This document shows positions 15,251 through 24,356 of a stretch of 28,485 nt of DNA, in pieces. Made by a program: the position numbers and the translations under genes. The notes below the pieces were generated by a model. It did not search any database, was not told the origin of the DNA, and was given only the letters and a program-made list of their open reading frames with translations. Each line of letters begins with the position of its first letter. Within the stretch, counting starts at the first letter, position 1. Origin of the DNA: Myxococcota bacterium (GTDB lineage Bacteria > Myxococcota > XYA12-FULL-58-9 > JALHOP01); the NCBI GenBank assembly GCA_041288095.1, contig JBGGMJ010000130.1, forward strand, positions 1 to 28,485, given 5' to 3'.

Positions 15251-16228
15251 TCAGGTTTCGTCGGCGTCTGGGACGTATCCGCCGCGTGACAGGTCGGCAC
15301 TCTGAACCCGATCGGCCTTCATGCCCCGGGCTCGCTTGGTCATGCCCGCCAAGAGCTCTTCGTAAGGAGGAATGGTCTTCATGAAGCGCAGCGGGTTGAT
15401 GCGCGCCACGACGAAGCTCTTCAGGTACGGCGACGTCAGGCCCTTGGCCTTGAGCTTCTGCACCGCCTCGTTCACCGCGTCGTCGAGCGCGAGCAGGATG
15501 CGCGCCTTCTCCTCGCGCATGGGCAGGGACTTCGCGAGCGGCTTCTTCTCGAAAGCATCGAGCTTCTTGACGATGGGGTGGTAGACGGCGCCGGCGAGCC
15601 TCCCGCGTTGCTCGTAGGCGAAGCCCAAGGTCACGAGCGCCGGCTCTTCGAGCTCGAGCGAGAGCTTCTCCTCGCTGAGATCGTCTCGGTCCGCGAGGTC
15701 GCGGTACATGCGCACGACCTCGGTGGCGCGCTCGCGCAGGTTGTGCGCCTTTTCGATGTTGAGCGCGAGGATCTGATAGGCGACCCGCACCTCGGGGACC
15801 ACCAAGGCGAGGATGGCCTTGGCGCCAAGCTCCGTCATCGCGGTGAGCCGATGACCACCGTTCGGTGTGTAATAGCGGTCATCCTTGCGCACCACGATCA
15901 AGGGGTCCAAGAAGCGCTTGGTCTTGTCCATGGCGCGGGTGAGCTTGGCGACATGGGCGTCGGAGACGTCACGCTGGAACGGCGTGCGCTCGACCTTGTC
16001 GATGGGCAAGGCCGCGAAGAGGAGCACGTTGCCGCCAAGGGGCTCGCGGTAGATCGACAACACGGTGCCGCCGTCGTCGGCGATCTGGCGCGCAAGCTCG
16101 CGAACCTCGCTCGGCGGAGCGGCCGCGGCGAGCTCCGTGGCGGTGAGCGTCGTTGGCTTGATCTTCACGCCACGGCGGGCGCGAGGCGTGCCCTTCTTGG
16201 TCAGCGGTCGCTTCTTGGTGGCCATCAC
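15251..16228 (-). CDS. Orphan ParB/Srx N-terminal-domain protein
   Basis: LPIDKVERTPFQRD, FLDPLIV and YYTPNGGHRLTAM (GxxRxxA nucleotide-binding motif), then LNIEKAHNLRERA. Lys/Arg-rich N-terminal tail. Start is GTG 16228 or the adjacent ATG 16225. No parA nearby. Confidence 0.85.
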   Translation of the reverse strand: MMATKKRPLTKKGTPRARRGVKIKPTTLTATELAAAAPPSEVRELARQIADDGGTVLSIYREPLGGNVLLFAALPIDKVERTPFQRDVSDAHVAKLTRAMDKTKRFLDPLIVVRKDDRYYTPNGGHRLTAMTELGAKAILALVVPEVRVAYQILALNIEKAHNLRERATEVVRMYRDLADRDDLSEEKLSLELEEPALVTLGFAYEQRGRLAGAVYHPIVKKLDAFEKKPLAKSLPMREEKARILLALDDAVNEAVQKLKAKGLTSPYLKSFVVARINPLRFMKTIPPYEELLAGMTKRARGMKADRVQSADLSRGGYVPDADET

Positions 16229-16245
16229 GGTCCAAAACCTAACGA

Positions 16246-17574
16246 CTAGATGCCGTCGACGCTCTTCTTGATGGCGTCGGCGCCCGGATGCCCTGGAGCC
16301 ACGGTCAACAGGCGGTCGACGGCTTCGCGGGTTTGCTCCGCCGCGGCGCGGCGCGCATCAGGCTCGCGCTCGGCCAGCGTCATCTGCGCCGAGATGGCCG
16401 CACGCTCGACCAGGAGCAGCACGTTGTCGCTCTGCACCGCGAGACCTCTCTCGGTGGCCGCGCGGGCCGCTTCGTTGCGTCCGCTTTTGCGCTCAAGCCG
16501 CGCGACCCAGAGAAAATTGTCGGGCTCGGCCGGCGCGAGGACGGTCAAGGCCCGATAGGCCTCGAGCGCCACATCGCTCTCGCCTACCTTGGAGGCGGCG
16601 GCGGCGAGCATACCGCGGACCTGCAAGTCGAAGGGGTCGCGCCGGGCCGCATCGCGCAGCGGTCCAACAGCGAGACTCGGTCTATCGGCCGCGAAAAAGG
16701 CGATGCCGAGAGCCCGTGGCGGGTCGGCGTCGAGGGGTGCCAGAATCGTGGCCTCGTTCAGCCAGACGGTCGCCATGGCGTGATCGCCGGCGCGCATCGC
16801 GAGCACCCCCGCGACCATCAGCACACTCGCGTGGCGCTGCTCGGTCATCAGCTCGCGCACGCGGGCAAGATGCTGCTCGTCGATGACACCACGCTCCGAG
16901 ATCGTCAGCAGCTCCGCAAGCTCGACACGCATGCTGTCCGGCAGCGGATCTTCGGCGGCGCGCACGGCGTTGCGCAGGATGCGGCGGCCACGCTCCAGAT
17001 CCGTCGCGCGCATGGGAATCGCGACCACGCCGCGAAGGGTGTCGGCGCATTCGGCGAACAAGCGCGCCCGCGCCTGCGCTTGGGCAAGGCCGAGGCGCAC
17101 GTCAGGTCGTAGCGGAGCCAACCCGGCCGAACGCTGCAACACCACGATGGCGTCGTCGATGTGGCCCTGCTCGAGCGACACGAGTCCCAGCCGATAAGCA
17201 ATCTCGGCGCGGGCGGCGTCGTCGGGCGCGGTCGCCTCGGCGCGCATGAGGTCGGCGCCGGCCACCTCCCACTGCTCTTCGGCCGCCGCGGCCAAGCCTT
17301 CGAGGTACCCGCGCACGTGAACCGGCAAGGCGCAGCGCTCGAGCCGCTGGTCGGCTCGCCCCGGCTTCCCGAGGGCGACCCAGGTTTCGACGACCGCGCG
17401 GGCGTTGTCGAGGCTGACCTCTTCCTTGCACAGCGCCTCGGCGAACATGCGGTGGGCGTTGGCCTGGTCGCCGGTCTGCTGCAGGCGTCGCGCTTCGTCG
17501 GCAATACGAAGATGCCGTGCGCCCGAGGCGCAGCCGCTTAGCACTACCGCCATCGCGAGGTAGGAGCGTCGCAC
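16246..17574 (-). CDS. Tetratricopeptide-repeat lipoprotein
   Basis: GTG 17574 gives MRRSYLAMAVVLSGC (lipobox LSG/C). Many TPR units (IAYRLGLVSLEQGHIDDAIVVLQRSAGLAP; RALGIAFFAADRPSLAVGPLRDAARRDP; ALEAYRALTVLAP). The longer call to 17928 would overlap the divergent gene. Confidence 0.82.
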   Translation of the reverse strand: MRRSYLAMAVVLSGCASGARHLRIADEARRLQQTGDQANAHRMFAEALCKEEVSLDNARAVVETWVALGKPGRADQRLERCALPVHVRGYLEGLAAAAEEQWEVAGADLMRAEATAPDDAARAEIAYRLGLVSLEQGHIDDAIVVLQRSAGLAPLRPDVRLGLAQAQARARLFAECADTLRGVVAIPMRATDLERGRRILRNAVRAAEDPLPDSMRVELAELLTISERGVIDEQHLARVRELMTEQRHASVLMVAGVLAMRAGDHAMATVWLNEATILAPLDADPPRALGIAFFAADRPSLAVGPLRDAARRDPFDLQVRGMLAAAASKVGESDVALEAYRALTVLAPAEPDNFLWVARLERKSGRNEAARAATERGLAVQSDNVLLLVERAAISAQMTLAEREPDARRAAAEQTREAVDRLLTVAPGHPGADAIKKSVDGI

Positions 17575-17614
17575 TTGCCAGCACCATAGACGCGCTCCTA
17601 AAGAGGCGGCAAGC

Positions 17615-18493
17615 GTGAAGATCATCCAGCGCATCGGAGCAGCGCCCCTCACCTCGCTGCTCATCGCGGTCGCGATCTTCGCGACGGTCCGCGCCGTGGC
17701 GTCGCTCACGGCCGAAAGACCACTCGCCGAGCGCCCTGGGTTCGACGAGGCAATGAGCGCGCTCGCGAGCTTGGATCCGACCACGTTCGTGGTCGTGGCT
17801 CCGCCGGAGCAGACGGAGGCGCTCGACCACGTGCCGGCGCACCTCGCCGCGAGCGATGCGGTCCACGCGCGGGAGGCTTTGCTCACCCGCTGGTCGAGCT
17901 TCGTCGCCGTCGGCCCGCGCGGAATCACCCTCCAAGGCCTCGGGGCCGAAGTCGAACGCCGCGCTTTCGGCGAGGTCGACCTCGTCCGCTACGACAACCC
18001 GAGTGGCGAGCGCGTCATCTTCGATTTGGCCCGCGACCTCGACCAGGTGACGGTCACCCTCGAGGGCGAGACCACGGTCACGTGCAACCAGCGGGAGGCC
18101 GACGGCCTTCACTGCCCGGGCCGGCCGAGCTGGAATCACGTGGGGCCCGCGCGCTTGACCGTGAGTGGCAGCGCCTGGCCCGCCACCTGGGCGCATCCCG
18201 TGACCGGCCACGATCTCAAGATCGCGCTGCCCGAGCTGCCTCTCTCCGAGGCCATCGTCCTCGAAGCCGCGCTCGACGACGGCGTGGCGCGCAACGGCGC
18301 TCCGGTCGAGCTCGAGCTGCAAGTCGGACCCATGGTCCGCAAATACGTACGCTCGGCTGCTTCCGGCGTGCTCGCAGCGCGCTTCCCAACGACGCCCGGC
18401 TCCTTCGCACCGGTGGTCCTCACCATCCGCACCGCGCAAGACGGCCAGCGGCACCTCGGCGTTCGCCTGCGCATCACCACGAGGCGCCCATGA
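17615..18493 (+). CDS. Hypothetical membrane-anchored/exported protein
   Basis: GTG preceded by AGAGG. N-terminal hydrophobic helix (LTSLLIAVAIFATVRAVASL), then a beta-rich region with a Cys pair (CNQREADGLHC) and WAHP. ATGA-coupled to the glycosyltransferase. Confidence 0.8.
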   Translation: MKIIQRIGAAPLTSLLIAVAIFATVRAVASLTAERPLAERPGFDEAMSALASLDPTTFVVVAPPEQTEALDHVPAHLAASDAVHAREALLTRWSSFVAVGPRGITLQGLGAEVERRAFGEVDLVRYDNPSGERVIFDLARDLDQVTVTLEGETTVTCNQREADGLHCPGRPSWNHVGPARLTVSGSAWPATWAHPVTGHDLKIALPELPLSEAIVLEAALDDGVARNGAPVELELQVGPMVRKYVRSAASGVLAARFPTTPGSFAPVVLTIRTAQDGQRHLGVRLRITTRRP

Positions 18494-20016
18494 CCCGTCT
18501 CGTCCGCTTTGGCGTCTTCGTGGGGTTGGTGCTCGCCGGCGTCGCCCTCGAGCCCGCGCAACCGCCGACCGACGACATGCGCTTCTACGTGCCGGCGGCG
18601 CAGAGCTACGCCGGCTGGCTTTCGCGCGCCTGGTCGCCGCCTTCGTGGTCACGCGCCGCCATCGACAGCGCCTTCAGCGCGAACCACGAGCACCCGCCGG
18701 TCGCGAAATACGTGATGGGCCTGGGCTGGCTCGTCTTCCACGGCATCTTCGGCCTCGATGATCTCACCGCCTGTCGCCTACCGATCATCATGCTCTGGGC
18801 ATGGACGTGTTTGATCATCTTCCGCTGGGTACTGGCGACGGCTGGTCCACTCGCGGCCTGGGCTTCGGTCACGTGTTTCGTCGCCATGCCGCGCGTCCTC
18901 TTCGACGCGCACGCCGAGACCCTCGACTTCACGGTCACCGCCTTCGTCACGGCGGCCGGCTGGTCGTTCTTGCAAGCGCTCGACAGTCCGCGAAAGAGGA
19001 CCTTGGCGAAGACTGTCGCGCTGCACGCGCTGGCGCTCGGCAGCAAGCTCAACGCGCCTTTCGCCGTTGCCGGCGAGGTAGTCTACTGGCTCCTGCGCGA
19101 CCGGCCGAAGCTGCGCGGCCTCGATTTGCGCCTGTCGCCGATCCCCGTGGCGCTGCTCTTGGTGGTGCTCGCGGCGCCGGTCCTCGCCATCGCGCTCTGG
19201 CCTTGGATGTGGTTCGACACGGCGGCGCGTCTCGGCGCCTACGTGCGCTTCCACTTGAATCACTACAACATCCTCTTCTTCTTCTCGGGCACGCTGTACG
19301 ACGATCAGGTAGCGCCTTGGTACGCGCCCATCACCATGCTGCTGGTGACGACGCCGCTCGTCACGCTCGTCCTCGCGCTCGTCGGCGCGGTGAAGGGAGC
19401 TTCGAGTCCGCTCAAGCGCTTCGCCGGCATTCAGATCGCGGCGCAGCTCGTCGCCGTTTGCCTGCCCGGCACGCCGAAATACGGCGGCGTGAAGCTCTTC
19501 CTGCCCGTCTTCCCCTACCTCGCCATGTTCGCGGGCCTGGGTTTCGCGACGGTGGCGCGCGAGCTGGCGCGTCCCTTCGCCCGCTACGCCCTGCTCGCGG
19601 CGTGTCTCTTGCCGTCGGCGATCGGCGTCGTCGCCTACCGGGGCTACTGGCTCTCCTATTACAACGAGCTCATCGGCGGGGTGCGTGGAGCCACACGGGC
19701 CGGCTTCGAGCGGCAGTATTACGATCTCGGCTACCCCGCCCTCCGCGACGCCCTGAAGGAGCACGCCCGTGATCGCGCCCGGGTCGCGGTGCTCCCGAAC
19801 CCCAAGGAATACGCCGGCTACCTGCGAAAGTGGGGCTTCGAGCCTGGCCCCCCCGAAACCGCCGAGGTCGTCGTTCTCACGCATGAGCGCCGCTGGCCCG
19901 ACTATCCCGACCTGCAAGCCCGCTGGCGGCGGGGGGGCCGGCTAACCACCGTAAAGGTGGGTGACGTCCCGGTTTTTTCCATCTATCGCGGCGGTCTTCC
20001 CGAACGCATTCATTGA
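18490..20016 (+). CDS. GT-C fold membrane glycosyltransferase (GT39/GT83, PMT/ArnT-like)
   Basis: Start ATG 18490 (MTRLVRF), overlapping the upstream stop. Acidic pair after TM1 (TDDMRFY), NHEHPPVAKY, HAETLD, LALGSK, LWPWMW, YYNELIGG, and about 10 or more TM segments. Confidence 0.85.
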   Translation: MTRLVRFGVFVGLVLAGVALEPAQPPTDDMRFYVPAAQSYAGWLSRAWSPPSWSRAAIDSAFSANHEHPPVAKYVMGLGWLVFHGIFGLDDLTACRLPIIMLWAWTCLIIFRWVLATAGPLAAWASVTCFVAMPRVLFDAHAETLDFTVTAFVTAAGWSFLQALDSPRKRTLAKTVALHALALGSKLNAPFAVAGEVVYWLLRDRPKLRGLDLRLSPIPVALLLVVLAAPVLAIALWPWMWFDTAARLGAYVRFHLNHYNILFFFSGTLYDDQVAPWYAPITMLLVTTPLVTLVLALVGAVKGASSPLKRFAGIQIAAQLVAVCLPGTPKYGGVKLFLPVFPYLAMFAGLGFATVARELARPFARYALLAACLLPSAIGVVAYRGYWLSYYNELIGGVRGATRAGFERQYYDLGYPALRDALKEHARDRARVAVLPNPKEYAGYLRKWGFEPGPPETAEVVVLTHERRWPDYPDLQARWRRGGRLTTVKVGDVPVFSIYRGGLPERIH

Positions 20017-20035
20017 GGCTAAGTAGCGCACCGCC

Positions 20036-22717
20036 ATGAACAACTTCGACGTTTTGCCATCAACGTTGGCCGACCGGGACCCCCAAGAGACCTCCGAATG
20101 GATCGAGTCTCTCGAGAGCGTGTTCGCGGTCGACGGACCCCGACGTGTCCACTTCTTGCTGGACACCGTCATGCGCAAGGCGCGCGAGCACGCGAGCACG
20201 TTGCCGGCGCTGACCAACACCGACTACGTCAACAGCATTCCGACGAGTCTCGAGCCCGAGTACCCGGGCGACTACGAGATGGAAAAGCGCATCCGGCGCA
20301 TCATCCGCTGGAACGCCGTCGCCATGGTCGCGCGCGCCAACAAGGAATACGACGGCATCGGCGGCCACCTCTCGAGCTACGCCTCGGCCGCGCATCTCTA
20401 TGAGGTCGGCTTCAACCACTTCTTCCGTGGACGCGAAGCGCCCGGCGGTGGCGACCAGGTCTTCATTCAGGGGCACTCGGCGCCCGGCATTTACGCGCGC
20501 GCGTTCCTCGAAGGGCGCCTCACGCAAGAGCAGCTCGATCACTTCCGCCGCGAGACCAGCGGCAAGGGCCTGTCGTCGTATCCGCACCCGTGGCTCATGC
20601 CGGACTTCTGGCAGTTCCCGACGGTGTCGATGGGTCTCGGCGGCCTCGCCGCGATCTACCAGGCGCGCTTCGCCAAATACCTGCACAACCGGGGCCTGAA
20701 GGACACCACGAACAACCGCGTCTGGTGCTTCATGGGCGACGGCGAGTGTGACGAGCCCGAATCGCTCGGTGCGCTGACCATCGCGGCGCGCGAAGGTCTC
20801 AACAACCTGGTGTTCGTGGTCAACTGCAATCTGCAGCGCCTCGATGGACCTGTCCGCGGAAACGGAAAGGTCATCCAGGAGCTCGAGGGTGTCTTCCGCG
20901 GCGCCGGCTGGAACGTCATCAAGGTGGTTTGGGGCCATCAGTGGGACCCGATCTTCGCCAAGGACATCGACGGTGTCTTGGTGCAGCGCCTCAACCAGCT
21001 CGTCGACGGCGAGTACCAGCGCTACACCAGCGAGACCGGCGCTTACATCCGCCAGCACCTCACCCAGAACGATCCCAAGCTCCTCGAGATCTTCTCCGAG
21101 CTCTCTGACGAGGACCTGCGTACCATCCGCCGTGGCGGACACAGCCTGTCGAAGCTCCACGCCGCCTACCACTGGGCGTGCCAATCGGAGCGCGCTCCCA
21201 CCGTCATCCTCGCCAAGACCGTGAAGGGCTTCGCGCTGGGCGAAGGCTTCGAGGGCTCGAACGTCACTCACCAGATGAAGAAGGTGGGACCGGCGCAGCT
21301 CAAGAAGTTCCGCGACGCGCTCGAAGTGCCGGTGAGCGACGAAGAGCTCGAGCACATCCCGTATTACCACCCGGGCCCGAAGAGCCCCGAAGTCGAGTAC
21401 TTGCAAGCGCGCCGCGCGGCCTTGGGTGGTCCGCTACCGCGGCGCAAGAATCGCAACCCCGAGGTGAAGACGCCGCCGGTTTCGGTCTTCGAGGAGCTGC
21501 ATCAGCCTTCGAAGGTCAACGCCGATCCGTCGACCACGGTCGCGTTCGTGCGCCTGTTGCGCAAGCTCCTGCGCGACAAGGAGTTCGGCAAGTTCGTGGT
21601 GCCAATCGTCCCCGACGAAGGCCGTACCTTCGGCATGGAGTCGCTCTTCAAGGAGATCGGCATCTACGCCGCCGACGGCCAGAAGTACGAACCGGCGGAC
21701 GCCAAGATGTTGCTCGGCTACGTCGAGAAAAAAGACGGCCAGCTCCTCGAGGAAGGCATCACCGAGGCGGGGTCGATGGCCTCGTTCACCGCGGCCGGCA
21801 CGTCGTACGCGACGCACGGTGTGCCGACGGTGCCGTTCTACATCTTTTACTCGATGTTCGGTTTCCAACGCGTGCAGGACCAGATCTGGGCGTTCGGCGA
21901 CGCGCGCGGCCGCGGCTTCCTGTTTGGCGCGACCGCAGGCCGCACCACGCTGAACGGCGAAGGCCTGCAGCACGAGGACGGCCATAGCCACCTGCAGGCG
22001 ATGGCGGTACCGAACTGCCTGGCCTACGACCCCGCGTATGCCTACGAGATCGCGGTGATCGTGCGTGACGGGCTCACCCGCATGCTCGACAAGAACCAGG
22101 ACGTCTTCTACTACCTGACGCTCTACAACGAGAACTACGCCATGCCCGCCCTGCCCTCGGGCATCGAGGACGGCATCCTGCGCGGCTTGTACAAGCTCAA
22201 GGACGCGGACGCGGGTAAGGCCAAGCTCACCGCAAACATCTTCGGCAGCGGATCGATCATCAACTCGGCGCTCGAGGCTCAGTCCATTTTGGCGGACTAC
22301 GGCGTCGCCGCCACGGTGTGGAGCGCGACGAGCTACCAGCAGCTCTACCGCGACGCGCGCAAGATCGAGCGCTTGAACCGCATGCAGCCGGACAAGAAGC
22401 CGGGCGTGCCCTACATCACCGAGACACTCGAGGGCGCATCGGGACCGGTGGTGATGACGAGCGACTGGGTGAGCGAGCTGCCGTCGCTGCTCGCGCGCTT
22501 CATCCCGAACCGCGTGGTGCCGCTCGGTACCAACGGTTTCGGCCGTTCCGACACACGCGAGGCGTTACGACGCCACTTCGAGATCGACGCGGCGAGCACC
22601 GTCATCGCGACGCTGCACGCGCTCATGCTCGACGGCAAGGTGACCGCCAAAGTGGTCAAGGACGCGATGAAGAAGCTCGACTTCGATCCGTCCAAGGTCG
22701 ACTCGGCCGAGGCGTAA
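20036..22717 (+). CDS. aceE: Pyruvate dehydrogenase E1 component, homodimeric type
   Basis: DRDPQETSEW, IGGHLSSYAS, LSSYPHPWLMPDFWQFPTVSMGLG, TPP motif GDGECDEPES...NCNLQRLDGPVRGNGK, YSMFGFQR, TTLNGEGLQHEDG and GFGRSDTREALRRHFE. Confidence 0.97.
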   Translation: MNNFDVLPSTLADRDPQETSEWIESLESVFAVDGPRRVHFLLDTVMRKAREHASTLPALTNTDYVNSIPTSLEPEYPGDYEMEKRIRRIIRWNAVAMVARANKEYDGIGGHLSSYASAAHLYEVGFNHFFRGREAPGGGDQVFIQGHSAPGIYARAFLEGRLTQEQLDHFRRETSGKGLSSYPHPWLMPDFWQFPTVSMGLGGLAAIYQARFAKYLHNRGLKDTTNNRVWCFMGDGECDEPESLGALTIAAREGLNNLVFVVNCNLQRLDGPVRGNGKVIQELEGVFRGAGWNVIKVVWGHQWDPIFAKDIDGVLVQRLNQLVDGEYQRYTSETGAYIRQHLTQNDPKLLEIFSELSDEDLRTIRRGGHSLSKLHAAYHWACQSERAPTVILAKTVKGFALGEGFEGSNVTHQMKKVGPAQLKKFRDALEVPVSDEELEHIPYYHPGPKSPEVEYLQARRAALGGPLPRRKNRNPEVKTPPVSVFEELHQPSKVNADPSTTVAFVRLLRKLLRDKEFGKFVVPIVPDEGRTFGMESLFKEIGIYAADGQKYEPADAKMLLGYVEKKDGQLLEEGITEAGSMASFTAAGTSYATHGVPTVPFYIFYSMFGFQRVQDQIWAFGDARGRGFLFGATAGRTTLNGEGLQHEDGHSHLQAMAVPNCLAYDPAYAYEIAVIVRDGLTRMLDKNQDVFYYLTLYNENYAMPALPSGIEDGILRGLYKLKDADAGKAKLTANIFGSGSIINSALEAQSILADYGVAATVWSATSYQQLYRDARKIERLNRMQPDKKPGVPYITETLEGASGPVVMTSDWVSELPSLLARFIPNRVVPLGTNGFGRSDTREALRRHFEIDAASTVIATLHALMLDGKVTAKVVKDAMKKLDFDPSKVDSAEA

Positions 22718-22789
22718 GGACGCATTCCAAGTTGCACGGCACGGCCCAAACACCATAAAGAAGCGGTGCAATTCGGCTGGAGCCCCAGA

Positions 22790-23305
22790 ATGCGTTTCTT
22801 GTCGTTGGCGGTTGTGTTCGGTGGTCTGTTGCTCGCGAGCGCTGTCGCTCGCGCCCAGGAAGAAGGCGGCAGCGAGATGCTGGCCGGCGCCGGCCTCGTG
22901 TTCGGCACCGAGACCGACACGCTGGGCCTCCAAGGTAACTTCTGGATGGGCCTGCCCCAGGTCAAAGGCCTGCGCCTCGGCGGCGACTTGGTGATCTACC
23001 TGCCCTTCGACCGCGGCGACGTCGACCTCTTCTGGCTGTCGATCAATCCCGGCGTGCAATACGTCTTCGACATCGGTGGCGTGCCGATTCGGCCGTACGC
23101 CGAAGCGGGCCTCGCGATTGCCTTCGTGCGCGCCAGCTTCCCCGGCGGCCAGAGCGACTCGGAGACCGAGCTCGGCATCAACCTCGGCGGCGGTGTCGAG
23201 TACGACGCCGGCTTCGCGCGCATCTACGGCATGCTGCGCTATCAGATCTTGGGTGACGACGCCGACCAGCTCGAGCTCGGCGGCGGTCTGCGCTGGGCCT
23301 TCTGA
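22790..23305 (+). CDS. Small outer-membrane beta-barrel protein (OmpA-TM/OMP_b-brl-like), paralog 1
   Basis: ATG 22790 with GGAG SD. Signal peptide ending ARA/QE, alternating hydrophobic beta-strands, RPYAEAGL, GINLGGGVEY, and C-terminal LRWAF. Confidence 0.85.
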   Translation: MRFLSLAVVFGGLLLASAVARAQEEGGSEMLAGAGLVFGTETDTLGLQGNFWMGLPQVKGLRLGGDLVIYLPFDRGDVDLFWLSINPGVQYVFDIGGVPIRPYAEAGLAIAFVRASFPGGQSDSETELGINLGGGVEYDAGFARIYGMLRYQILGDDADQLELGGGLRWAF

Positions 23306-23850
23306 TGCGCCTCGCTGTCGCTTTAGCGGTCATCGCCGTCTCGGCGGTCGCGGCCCCTGCCTCCGCGGGCGAGGTCATCATCGGCGCCGGCGTCGGCTAT
23401 GGCACCAAGATCGAAATGCCGGGTCTGCAGCTCGGCGGCTACTACGCTTTCGCCGGCAAGCTCGCGAATCTCCGCGTCGGCGGCGACATCGACGGCTTCA
23501 TGCCGAACAGCGACCGTGGCGTCGGCGGCGAGGGCAAGGTCACGTGGTTCGACGTCAACCTCAACGCGCACTACCTCATCCCCGGGCTCCCGGAAGACTC
23601 GCCGTTCTCGGTCTACGCCCTCGGCGGTCTGTCGCTCGCCATCGTCCATGCGAGCTTCACCTACGACGAAGGTGTGAACCAACGCGATCTCTCCGAGACC
23701 GAAGCGAAGCCGGGCGTGAACCTGGGTGCCGGAGCCGAATACGACATCAAGTTCGCGGCCGCTTACTTCGAGGGCAAATACGTCATCAGCTCCGCCGATC
23801 AGCTCGTGGTCTTCCTGGGCCTGCGCTTCGCCTTGCCGACTGGGCAGTAG
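23305..23850 (+). CDS. Small outer-membrane beta-barrel protein, paralog 2
   Basis: TGATG coupling to paralog 1. Signal peptide (ASA/GE), WFDVNLNAHY, YALGGL, GVNLGAGAEY and FEGKYVISSADQLVVFLGLRF. Confidence 0.85.
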   Translation: MRLAVALAVIAVSAVAAPASAGEVIIGAGVGYGTKIEMPGLQLGGYYAFAGKLANLRVGGDIDGFMPNSDRGVGGEGKVTWFDVNLNAHYLIPGLPEDSPFSVYALGGLSLAIVHASFTYDEGVNQRDLSETEAKPGVNLGAGAEYDIKFAAAYFEGKYVISSADQLVVFLGLRFALPTGQ

Positions 23851-24356
23851 CCGATGCGCTTCACCCCGCTCGTTGCCGCTTTGGCGGTCACTGCCGTGGC
23901 CGTGCCCGCTCTCGCGGATCACACCGTGGTGCAGTTCGGTCCCGCGTACGGCAGCGAGATCAAGACCCTCGGCGGTCACGTCGGGGTCTACTACGGCTTT
24001 CGCAACGAGGGTGACGCCGAATACACGACGTTCCGCTTCGGGCTCGAGGCCGACGCCTTCTTTCCCAAAAGTGGCGACACGGTCGACGGCAGCTCGAAGC
24101 TGAGCTGGTGGGATCTGAACGGCAACGGTCATTGGCTCTTCCTCGAGCCCGACGAAGTCCCGGTGGCCGCCTACCTGCTGCTCGGTATCAACGTGGCGCG
24201 CATCGGCAGGTCGTTCACCTATGATGCGGGCGTGGTCCCGCGCGACGAGGACACGCACGCCTGGAAGCTCGGCGGCAACATCGGCGGCGGCGTCGAGTAT
24301 CGCTTCGGCTCGGTCGCGATCTTCGTCGAGGGCAAATACGTCATCAGCTCCGCCGA
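23768..24356 (+). repeat. 31-nt perfect direct repeat (23768-23798 and 24326-24356) shared by barrel paralogs 2 and 3
   Basis: TCGAGGGCAAATACGTCATCAGCTCCGCCGA is present identically in both genes, encoding EGKYVISSA. Confidence 0.85.

Noticed and set aside
18082..18489. N-terminal extension of the glycosyltransferase ORF (644 aa)
   Set aside because: It overlaps the upstream gene out of frame. The ATGA-coupled start at 18490 gives a normal first TM helix.
17102..18652. 516-aa minus-strand ORF and the 17575-17928 extension of the TPR ORF
   Set aside because: Both overlap better-supported genes and have Arg/Ala-rich non-coding-frame composition. The lipobox fixes the TPR start near 17574.
22732..22771. 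TTGCAC-N28-GTGCAA inverted repeat upstream of the barrel genes
   Set aside because: Six-bp arms with a long spacer and a single occurrence could be chance, and I cannot assign a regulator.
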